A stretch of DNA of 64,000 nucleotides. It comes from Gemmatimonadaceae bacterium (GTDB lineage: Bacteria; Gemmatimonadota; Gemmatimonadetes; Gemmatimonadales; Gemmatimonadaceae). The position numbers and the translations under genes were made by a program. Location: assembly GCA_051859245.1 (NCBI GenBank), contig JBHYGA010000001.1, positions 1,245,722 to 1,309,721 of the forward strand. Direction: 5' to 3'. Positions 55,992-64,000 of this stretch are shown here, piece after piece. Position 1 is the first letter of the stretch, and every line of letters starts with the position of its first letter. Under the pieces are notes generated by a model. The model ran no database searches, was not told where the DNA came from, and saw only the letters and a list, made by a program, of their open reading frames with translations.

Positions 55992-58584
55992 TCAGGAACG
56001 TGTTATCTGGTGCGACACCGAACAAGTTGCCGAAATCCCGCGACACATCGAACGAACCGTTGTCGAGTCCGTCCTGACTGCGTCCCTGTTGCCACACAAA
56101 AAACAGCGTGCTACCGGGGCGGTACTCCCAGCGCGCGACAACGTTTGAACGAAACTGCTTCACGTTAAATCCACCGGGGTCGCCGGCGTACGGTTGAAAT
56201 CTCGAGTCGTAACTGGCTGCGCGCGGATCGGCGAGCTCGCGCCAGTTGCTGTACGCGCCCGTGGTGACAAACGGCTGTGCGTACACCTGCAACGACAGCG
56301 TGGGTGACGCGGTCACGTCGAATCGTGCCGTCAGGCTGTGCGTGTGCTGGTCCAGTGTTGCGAATGTGTACGATGTGCCCGGCTCACCAACGGCGCCCAC
56401 GTTTCGCACCCACTGCCAGTCGGCGCGTCGGCGCGCACTGTTGATCGACACACTGCCTTGTACACGACTCGAGCCGCGAAACTGCACCCGAGGACCAAGG
56501 CTGATATTCCACGATCGTCCGCCATCGCCAACATTCCAGTTCAGGTTACCGCCCGGAATGATCGGCTTTCGCGTATCGGTATCAAACCCGAGCCAGCCAA
56601 AGGCGAATGGGTTGCGACGCACGGCCGGGCCGCCGCGTGACGCGCGATCATCGTACGCGGCAAGCAGATTCTCGGCGCCAATGCCACCCCACACGCTCCA
56701 GAACGACTTGAGTTCCGAAAACGCGTTGATGTTGCCGCCGTTGTTCAAGGTAAGACCCGATGTATTCCAACCGGCCCACTGATTGAAGTTCACCGAGAGT
56801 CGACGGTAAAAGTGCGCGGGCTGCAACGCCTGGATCTGAAACCAGCTGTATTGCGACTGCAAATCGCTGCGCGTGAGAAATCCGACATCGTTGATTTCGA
56901 ATCCGGGGTTCTTTCGCTGATAACTCAGCTGAAAGCGCGTGCGACCACCGCCAACCTTGGCCAATCGCAGGTCGCCCGCTGCTGCCGCCAGTGATGTACG
57001 CCATCCCTCGACTGAGCGGTCGCCATCGGGTCGGGTAAACGCGTGCACAAGACTCTGCTGCGTCCGCCGCATTGCAGCCGTGTCTCCGGTGACTCGACTG
57101 GCCGCAAGAAATCCGGAGATTTCATAACGATTGCCGAGGAAACGATGCCGCGCATCGAATCCACCGGTCAGTGCGTTGTTGCGAAGAAACGGTGCACTGG
57201 ATTCATCAAGCTGACGCTGCACGCCGGTGGTCATGAAGCCCACGGTGCTGTTGCCGCCGCGAAACTCCTGCACGAGACGCGCGACCATGTAGTTGGTTTG
57301 TGGTTCTACGGTGCGATCGTTCGATCCAACGCTCCGCCCGGTCACAGCGTCGAGCAATCCAACGGACAATCCGCTGGGTAACCGACCACTCATTTTGGCC
57401 GCGCCCAGAATGGACGAGAACTGTGGTGTGTCGCGATCTCCGTAGAGTCCGGCGAGCTGCGGTGCGCGGCCAATGCGGCGCGGATAAAACAGCCCGGTGC
57501 ACTCTCCGTCATTGCAATCGATGTCGTAACGGAAAATGCCAACGCCCTCCACGAAAAACGGGCGTCGCTCCTGAAAAAACTGCTCGAATGCCGAGAGGTT
57601 GAGGACGGCAGGATCTGCTTCGACCTGTCCGAAATCCGGGTTGACCGTGGCATCTACGGTGAAGTTCGCACCAAGCCCGTATTTCACATCAAGTCCGGCC
57701 GCATGTTGCTGCTCACGAAATGCGTCGCGACGTCCCGGAGTATTGCGGAGTTTGGTGACGTTGCGTTCAACGAGATACGGTCGCACTTCTAGCCGGCGCG
57801 ATGCCGGTAGACCATTGAACCCGCTCACATCGCCGAACTGCGAGACGAGACCAACGCGCGACCGTCGCAGCACGGGCCAGGTATATCGTTCGCCTCGACG
57901 CTGCACTTCGCGCAGCACCATCACGCCGAACGTGCGCTCCGCCTGATCCGGGAAGCGCAACTGATTAAGCGGAATACGGAATTCGGCCGACCAGCCGAGA
58001 GAATCGATCGAAGTCTTGGCGTCCCACACGGCGTCCCAGGTGAGGTCCTCGTTGCCGTCGTTGTAGATGTACCAGTCACGCTGCGTGCCCGTGGGGTTCA
58101 CGGAGAACGCGTACGCCGTGCGCTTGTCGTGGTACGAATCAATCATGATGCCGAGATAATCCGACGGCGTGCGCTGATCGCGTCGACTCAACAGTCCGAC
58201 AATGGAGTCGGGATTTGGATCGAAGGCGCGCACCAACACGTAGACGAACTTGTTGTCGTACGCCACGCGCGCCTCCGTGCGATATGCTGGCTCACCGTCT
58301 TCGTTTGGCTGGGTCTCGCGAAACTCCGTAAGGGCGACCGCGTCACTCCACGCGGTTTCATCTCCACGACCATCAAGTGTGATCGGAGTCGCAATACGAA
58401 CTGCCGCCGCGGCGCGCGACGGCACGGGAACGATGGTCGTGCGGCTCGCGTCTGTCAGGGCAGCAGGCTGGGCCTCAAGAGTCCAGCCGCAGATTCCCGT
58501 TGCGCACAACAGCCACGCAAACGCGGACGATCGGCTGCGTCGGGGGTACAGGACTGACAGTGAGAGGAGCGACGAGGTGGGCAT
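55963..58584 (-). CDS. CBM9-like/DUF5916 outer-membrane protein (second paralog)
   Basis: WDAVW, AEFRIPLNQLRF, NPDFGQVEADP, ERRPFFVEG, IKASYW; track extension to 59892 overlaps TamA and is rejected. Confidence 0.87.
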   Translation of the reverse strand: MPTSSLLSLSVLYPRRSRSSAFAWLLCATGICGWTLEAQPAALTDASRTTIVPVPSRAAAAVRIATPITLDGRGDETAWSDAVALTEFRETQPNEDGEPAYRTEARVAYDNKFVYVLVRAFDPNPDSIVGLLSRRDQRTPSDYLGIMIDSYHDKRTAYAFSVNPTGTQRDWYIYNDGNEDLTWDAVWDAKTSIDSLGWSAEFRIPLNQLRFPDQAERTFGVMVLREVQRRGERYTWPVLRRSRVGLVSQFGDVSGFNGLPASRRLEVRPYLVERNVTKLRNTPGRRDAFREQQHAAGLDVKYGLGANFTVDATVNPDFGQVEADPAVLNLSAFEQFFQERRPFFVEGVGIFRYDIDCNDGECTGLFYPRRIGRAPQLAGLYGDRDTPQFSSILGAAKMSGRLPSGLSVGLLDAVTGRSVGSNDRTVEPQTNYMVARLVQEFRGGNSTVGFMTTGVQRQLDESSAPFLRNNALTGGFDARHRFLGNRYEISGFLAASRVTGDTAAMRRTQQSLVHAFTRPDGDRSVEGWRTSLAAAAGDLRLAKVGGGRTRFQLSYQRKNPGFEINDVGFLTRSDLQSQYSWFQIQALQPAHFYRRLSVNFNQWAGWNTSGLTLNNGGNINAFSELKSFWSVWGGIGAENLLAAYDDRASRGGPAVRRNPFAFGWLGFDTDTRKPIIPGGNLNWNVGDGGRSWNISLGPRVQFRGSSRVQGSVSINSARRRADWQWVRNVGAVGEPGTSYTFATLDQHTHSLTARFDVTASPTLSLQVYAQPFVTTGAYSNWRELADPRAASYDSRFQPYAGDPGGFNVKQFRSNVVARWEYRPGSTLFFVWQQGRSQDGLDNGSFDVSRDFGNLFGVAPDNTFLIKASYWFGR

Positions 58585-58770
58585 CAGTGGGGGAGTAGGC
58601 GTCGGCACTCGTGTCGCGATGGGCGTCGCCTGCAGGAAGCGGCCACACGGTGTGTTGAGCTGTAGACAACGGGTCGACTCGATTGGTTTGGATGCCGGGA
58701 CGATAGAATTCCGGTTCGGCGCTGGCGAAGCGGCGTGGCGAAGCGAACGCGTGAAGGAGAGATTGAAGGA

Positions 58771-61104
58771 GTGAACATCAGCCGACTCGCACGATTGAAG
58801 CTCAGCAGCGCCCCTCGGCGACCTCGTGGCCGTGAGGGGCGCCGTGTTGTACGCGAGTGCTATTGGCTGATGGTGCTGTTGCTGACGCTGTTGGTCCCCG
58901 GTGAACGCGCTTTGGCACAGGCCACAGAGCGCTGTGATCAAGCCGATCGTGTGCGGAGCATCGCCATCGAGGGGTCGGAAATTCAGACGGATGAACTGCT
59001 CACCGTACTGGCGACCACTGGCCCGTCGTTCTTCACACGCGTATTCAGAATTGGCGCCGCGCCATGCATCGATTCGCTCGAGGTCGAGCGCGACGGCCTG
59101 CGCATCGCGGTGCTGCATCGTCAGCGCGGTTGGTTTGGCGCCGGTGTTCGACCTGTTCTGAACAGAGATGCGAAGGGCACTCGCGTTCGCTTTCTGGTCG
59201 CCCCGGGTCCGGTCGCGCGACTTCGCACCATCACGGCAACTGGTCTCCCTGATTCTGGCCAGAACGGTAGCGCGCTCGCCGAGCCATTGCTCGCGCTGAA
59301 AGGGGAAGTGTTTGACCGCGTCCGGGTACAGGCAGTCACCGATCGCGTCCTCTCGCAGCTGCAAGACGCGGGATACGCGCGCAGCGCGCAGCCCGTCAGC
59401 ACGGTCACAATCGACACGGCCGAAGCACTCGTTGATCTCTCTGTTGCGTTTGCGCCCGGATTGCCGCTGCGCACCGGAAATGTTCTGATCGACATTACGC
59501 CGGTCGCGCGCCGAGCAGCGCGCTACGATTCCGCTGACGTGCTGCGCATGTCGAAGTTGGTGTCGGGCGAGCGGTATCGCGCGGTGAACGTTCTTGATGC
59601 GCAGCGCGCACTGTATCGCACGGACGCGTTTCGACTGGTGTTGATCGACACGATCACGCCGGCGGCAGGAAGTCCTGACAGCACCATTGATCTGCGCATT
59701 TCTGTGGCGGAAGCGCGAACGCGCTCGGCGCGTGTGGGAATCGGTTGGGGTACGCTTGAATGCGGCCGCGTACAAGGTCGAATTACCGACCGTGGATTCC
59801 TTGGGCCGGGCCGTCGTGTGGAGTTTGTGGCGCGCGCCTCGCGCATTGGCATCGGTCGGCCGCTCGATCAATGGCCCGGCTTGTGTCCGCAATTCCTGCG
59901 CGACGACCCCTACAGTCAGGAGCTCAACTACTACGTGGGCGTGTCGCTTGGCAACTCAACGTTCTTTGGTGCGGATCTGGCGCCCACGATTGATGTGTAC
60001 AGCGAGCGTCGTGGCGAGTTCAATGCGTTTCAGCTGGAAACGGATATCGGTGTTGGTGTCGCGCTTTCAAAGTCGCTCGGTCGTCGCACGTCAGCGAGCA
60101 TCGGTGCGGAGTACGAATCGGGCCGCATTGTCACAGACGCCGTGCTGGCCTGCGTTCGGTTCGCATTGTGCCAGCCGGCCGACTTCGCGCTCGCTCGCCA
60201 GGGGAACTCCACGCGCGCATTGACGGCGTCGTGGTTTCACGACCGCGTTGACAATGTGACGGACCCGTCGCAAGGTGGACGACTGCGGGCCGATTGGCGC
60301 ATTGGACTCACACGGTTTGCAGATTTGCAGGACTCTGCCGATCGTACGCAAGCGTATGCATTCAGTCGTCCGACGCTTGATGCTACCGGCTTCATTCCCG
60401 TGGGTGATGGCACGATTGCCGCGCGCGTGCAATGGTCACAGGTGTTCGCGCCCAATGCGATTCAGATTGCCGGCGCACCGTTCCTGCCGCCGCAGGAGCG
60501 ACTGTTCTCAGGTGGACAAAACACGGTTCGCGGATACCAACAGAACTTGCTCGGCCCCGTGGTCTACCGCGTAGATCGCTCGGGAGTGGATTCCGTCGCG
60601 TTCGGCAACTCGTATCAGCTCGTCGTACGCCCCGATGCAGCGGTGCGACTGCCGTCTCCAGAAGGTGGTACCGGTTCGGTGGTGGCGAATGTTGAGTACC
60701 GACGTCGCTTTGCGTGGCCCACGCGCGATTTGCAGTGGGTCGCATTTGTCGACGCAGGTACGGTGTGGGCGAGTGGTGTATCCGCGTTCTCGGTGCGCGA
60801 GATTCGCACAACGCCCGGCATCGGCGTGCGCCTCGATACGCCGCTGGGTCCGTTCCGCGTTGATATCGGATACAACCCGTTGCGGGCCGACGCTGGCAAG
60901 GCGTTTCTCTTTGACCTTGTTGACACACGCCGTGATGGTTCGGGCGTGCCGTACGTGATTTGTGTGAGTCCGGGACAGGAGCTTGAGTTCGACGAGCAGA
61001 TTGCCAGCGGGGGACTGGCGTGTCCGCGCACATTCCGGCCGGCTGCTGGTCGAAGTGCGCTGTCGCGGCTGGTCTTCCACTTCAGTCTTGGCCAGGCATT
61101 TTAA
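58771..61104 (+). CDS. tamA: BamA/TamA-family outer-membrane protein (start uncertain)
   Basis: POTRA-like domains, FSGGQNTVRGY, FVDAGTVW, GVRLDTPLGPFRVDIG, FSLGQAF. Confidence 0.9.
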   Translation: MNISRLARLKLSSAPRRPRGREGRRVVRECYWLMVLLLTLLVPGERALAQATERCDQADRVRSIAIEGSEIQTDELLTVLATTGPSFFTRVFRIGAAPCIDSLEVERDGLRIAVLHRQRGWFGAGVRPVLNRDAKGTRVRFLVAPGPVARLRTITATGLPDSGQNGSALAEPLLALKGEVFDRVRVQAVTDRVLSQLQDAGYARSAQPVSTVTIDTAEALVDLSVAFAPGLPLRTGNVLIDITPVARRAARYDSADVLRMSKLVSGERYRAVNVLDAQRALYRTDAFRLVLIDTITPAAGSPDSTIDLRISVAEARTRSARVGIGWGTLECGRVQGRITDRGFLGPGRRVEFVARASRIGIGRPLDQWPGLCPQFLRDDPYSQELNYYVGVSLGNSTFFGADLAPTIDVYSERRGEFNAFQLETDIGVGVALSKSLGRRTSASIGAEYESGRIVTDAVLACVRFALCQPADFALARQGNSTRALTASWFHDRVDNVTDPSQGGRLRADWRIGLTRFADLQDSADRTQAYAFSRPTLDATGFIPVGDGTIAARVQWSQVFAPNAIQIAGAPFLPPQERLFSGGQNTVRGYQQNLLGPVVYRVDRSGVDSVAFGNSYQLVVRPDAAVRLPSPEGGTGSVVANVEYRRRFAWPTRDLQWVAFVDAGTVWASGVSAFSVREIRTTPGIGVRLDTPLGPFRVDIGYNPLRADAGKAFLFDLVDTRRDGSGVPYVICVSPGQELEFDEQIASGGLACPRTFRPAAGRSALSRLVFHFSLGQAF

Positions 61105-61105
61105 C

Positions 61106-64000
61106 GTGGCCACTCGTCGAACCTACGTCCGCGTGTCGTTCGGAACGCTGGCCATGATTGTACTCACGGTCGTCGGTCTGGCGTGGTGGCTCTTTCGCTC
61201 AGATGGCGGACGTGCGCGGCTGGCGGCAACCATTGTTGCGGCGGCCAACAACGCCTTCGACGGGCGCGGACAGTTGGTGATTGGCTCCGTTCGCTCTGCG
61301 AATCCCGGCTCGATTGATTTGCGTGATGTGCAGCTGGTCGACACGCTTGGCGTGCCAATCCTGACCGTTGCGCAGGTGCGCGCAAAACTCGCCGTGCGCC
61401 CGTTCTTTTCAAAGGCGGTTCGCATTCGAGAACTCGAGCTTGATAGTGTGCGGCTCGAGCTGCGAAAAGATTTTGTGGGTCCGTTCAATCTGCAGTGGTT
61501 GCTCACGGGTGACCCCAACAAACCGCCCGCGCCACCGCGAGCTCTGCGCATTGGTGACGACGTCCTGATTGATCGGGTGGTGTTGCGCGAAGCAAAGATT
61601 GTGGTCACGCTGCCATGGTCACCGCATCCGCTTTGGGTGGGCGCCGAGCGGGACAGCATCACCGCGCTGCGAGACAGCCTGCACGAGTTGGTGCGGGTAC
61701 CGGGCGGAATTTTTGAGATTCGGCGTTTTGACATCGGGCGACTGGTCGGGCGTGATCTGTACGCGATCACGCCTGACGATGCGCCTGGAGCACTCACGAT
61801 AGACAGCGCCACGTTGCTTGTGTCGGACCCGCCGGTGCGTGTGCGCGATCTTGGTGGTGAAGTGAAGTGGTACGACGATTCACTCAGCTTCCGCGCGACG
61901 CGTGTGTTGTTGCCCGACTCGAAACTTGCCGCGGGTGGCATGATTTCGTGGTACCGACCCGGGCCCGTGCAATACGATGTCAGCATCAGCGCGCCCGACG
62001 TGGCGCTGACCGACATTAACTGGACGTGGCCCGTGTTGCCTGAGAGTGGTCGAGGTTCGGCCACCGTGCGCATGCGCACACTCGAAAATCCGGACCACCT
62101 CGAGATTGCGATCACTGATCTCGATGCGAAAGCGATGGAGTCGAGCGTCGCTGGTAACATCACGATGGTGGTAGAGCCGCGAGACTTTTTGCTCCGCGAC
62201 GTAGCGCTCGATTTCGAGCCCATGACCACAGCGCTTGCGGCCCGACTGACGGAAGATGTGCTGCCGCCAGAACTCGACGGCTCGTTTACGGGCCGATTCG
62301 TTGCGAAAGCCGGCGGTTCGCTGAACGCACTGCGCATTGACTCGCTGCGCCTGGCGTTTGACGACGCGACCACACCGGGCGCGCGCTCTCGCGTCAGTGC
62401 CAATGGCGTCGTCGCGATCGGCGTCAATCCCACGGCGCGTGATGTGCGGTTCAGCAACTTGTCCGTCGACCTTCGCACCGTACGCACGATTGTGCCGGAT
62501 TTGCCGGACGCGGTGAACGGTATGATCACCGGCAACGGTCGCGTGGCGTCTGCGTCGCTGGACGCGGCGGACGTTCGCGATCTGACACTGCAGTGGACCG
62601 ACGACGCGGGACATGTCTCGGCCGTGACTGGTCGCTCGGCCGCTCGCTGGAATACGCGAACCACATCGGTGGATGTGGCGCTCGCGTTCTCACCGTTTGA
62701 TTTGCAATCAATTGCGCGGTGGGACACGGCCTTTGTTGGGCGCGGCATGTTGCGCGGCAGCGTTGAAGCGAAGGGCGCATTGGACAGTCTGCCCTTCTCG
62801 GTGATGCTGACGCAGGTAGAAGATGGAGCGGGTGCGCTGAACGCCACCGGCTGGCTGGGAGCCACCACCAACGCGGCGGATTCGCTGGATTGGCGCACGA
62901 ATGTTGCCCTGACACTGGATTCCGTAAACGCTGAGCGCTGGCTACGTGCGGGAATGGCTCCAGTGACGCGTGTGGGTGGCACGATCAATGTTGTGGCGCG
63001 TGGGTCGGGTGGCACGGCGGATACGGCACGCGTCACCGCAGCACTGTTGCAGCCCGGCGCAGACACGCGCACACCGTTCTCACTGTTTGGTGCCGGAAGT
63101 TGGGGCGCCGAGGCGTTGAGCGTGGACTCACTGCGTGCGTTCGCGCCCGGCTTCGTGTTTGAAGGCGACGGTGGTCTCGCGCGCGACTCGGCTGGCCGCG
63201 CCACGTTCCGCGGCTCGCTGCGCATGGACTCGCTCAGTCGTGTTCGGGCCGAGTTGCCACGATTGGCTGGCATGATCGCACAAGTGGACACTGCGCTGGC
63301 CGCGACGGTACGCGGATACGCGGCCGACTCGTTATCCGGAGATCTCAATCTCTCGGCGTACGGCGAGGGATCGTTCGCAAACTATCTGACCAGCCTGGCG
63401 GTTGCCGGCAATCAGATTCAGGTGGGCGAAATCGTCATCGGGCGACTGTTCGGCTCGGCGCGCGCCGACAACTTGCCTGGTGAAGCGTCGTTTGTTGTGG
63501 CCGCCACGGCGGATTCAGTGGAAGGCGTTGGAGGGCTACGCATCGCCACCGCAAACTTTGGCGTTGACGATGCCACCTCCAAAGCGGGCGCGTTACGCTT
63601 TGATTTGCTCGCGCGCGATACGTCGCGACTTCGCATGCGCGGACAGTTTGCGCGAGGCGATGATACGTTACTCGTGCGCACGGACAGTGTGCGCTTCAGT
63701 TATGCGAACGTGGTGTGGACCAACCCGCGACCGCTGGTGTTGCGTGATCGTGCCGATGGATTCAGCATCGATTCATTCAGCCTGCTGTCGAATCAGGGCG
63801 GCAGTTTGCAACTGGGCGCGCAGGTGCCGCTCACGGATCCGATCAGTGCGTATCTGCGACTTGATCAGTTTCCGGCCGGCGAAGTAGCGGCGTTTGCGCT
63901 CGGGACAGAGCGCCTGCCAGGGTTGATGAGCGGATCGGCGGAGCTGAGCGGTGTGCGACGTGATCCACGGATCACTGCCGATTTTCAGGTAGACTCGCTC
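61106..64000 (+). CDS. tamB: TamB-like translocation and assembly module protein (3' end outside window)
   Basis: GTG 1 nt after tamA stop; MATRRTYVRVSFGTLAMIVLTVVGLAWWLFRSDGGR N-terminal anchor; absent from track, consistent with no stop in window. Confidence 0.85.
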   Translation, partial: MATRRTYVRVSFGTLAMIVLTVVGLAWWLFRSDGGRARLAATIVAAANNAFDGRGQLVIGSVRSANPGSIDLRDVQLVDTLGVPILTVAQVRAKLAVRPFFSKAVRIRELELDSVRLELRKDFVGPFNLQWLLTGDPNKPPAPPRALRIGDDVLIDRVVLREAKIVVTLPWSPHPLWVGAERDSITALRDSLHELVRVPGGIFEIRRFDIGRLVGRDLYAITPDDAPGALTIDSATLLVSDPPVRVRDLGGEVKWYDDSLSFRATRVLLPDSKLAAGGMISWYRPGPVQYDVSISAPDVALTDINWTWPVLPESGRGSATVRMRTLENPDHLEIAITDLDAKAMESSVAGNITMVVEPRDFLLRDVALDFEPMTTALAARLTEDVLPPELDGSFTGRFVAKAGGSLNALRIDSLRLAFDDATTPGARSRVSANGVVAIGVNPTARDVRFSNLSVDLRTVRTIVPDLPDAVNGMITGNGRVASASLDAADVRDLTLQWTDDAGHVSAVTGRSAARWNTRTTSVDVALAFSPFDLQSIARWDTAFVGRGMLRGSVEAKGALDSLPFSVMLTQVEDGAGALNATGWLGATTNAADSLDWRTNVALTLDSVNAERWLRAGMAPVTRVGGTINVVARGSGGTADTARVTAALLQPGADTRTPFSLFGAGSWGAEALSVDSLRAFAPGFVFEGDGGLARDSAGRATFRGSLRMDSLSRVRAELPRLAGMIAQVDTALAATVRGYAADSLSGDLNLSAYGEGSFANYLTSLAVAGNQIQVGEIVIGRLFGSARADNLPGEASFVVAATADSVEGVGGLRIATANFGVDDATSKAGALRFDLLARDTSRLRMRGQFARGDDTLLVRTDSVRFSYANVVWTNPRPLVLRDRADGFSIDSFSLLSNQGGSLQLGAQVPLTDPISAYLRLDQFPAGEVAAFALGTERLPGLMSGSAELSGVRRDPRITADFQVDSL

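Noticed and set aside
58585..59892. N-terminal extension making a 1309-aa protein
   Set aside because: Overlaps tamA antisense; signal peptide begins near 58584
61123..63348. 741-aa minus-strand ORF
   Set aside because: Antisense shadow of tamB
1..64000. CRISPR array, rRNA, IS transposase, reverse transcriptase
   Set aside because: No repeat-spacer array or diagnostic motifs seen

Overview
High-GC bacterial window. The gene content (DUF5916 proteins, M14 carboxypeptidase, TamA/TamB, beta-propeller/Y_Y_Y sensor kinases) suggests a Gemmatimonadota-like organism; this is inference only. Four parts. (1) 1-7978: right portion of an integrated phage-satellite-like element with AEP primase, DUF3631-like NTPase carrying 9-bp iterons, TerS-like ORF, an ~820-aa ejection/DNA-transfer-like protein, a small 2-TM ORF missed by the track, and a tyrosine integrase next to a tRNA-Pro(GGG) 3' fragment. 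(2) 7979-14640: a second, integrase-less island ending in an identical 48-bp tRNA-Pro fragment. It carries defence/immunity-like ORFs and a TPR + AraC pair divergent from a Cys-rich lipoprotein and a small partner ORF. Three different sets of arm-type repeats flank the two att cores. (3) 14.7-37 kb: accessory redox/hydrolase genes with two paralogous NarL two-component systems bracketing a cpo/ycaC/amidohydrolase/dps/MFS cluster, plus a 4.9-kb sulfatase cassette bounded by a 36-bp duplication of a CDS 3' end. (4) 37-64 kb: mostly ordinary genes (CBS/CorC, SET, TlpA, RsmC-like, RsuA, TonB receptor with a Pho-box-like array, M14, GluQ, M20, threonine dehydratase, TamA, partial TamB). No rRNA, intact tRNA or CRISPR array was seen. 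All family calls come from motif recognition by eye, not database searches.
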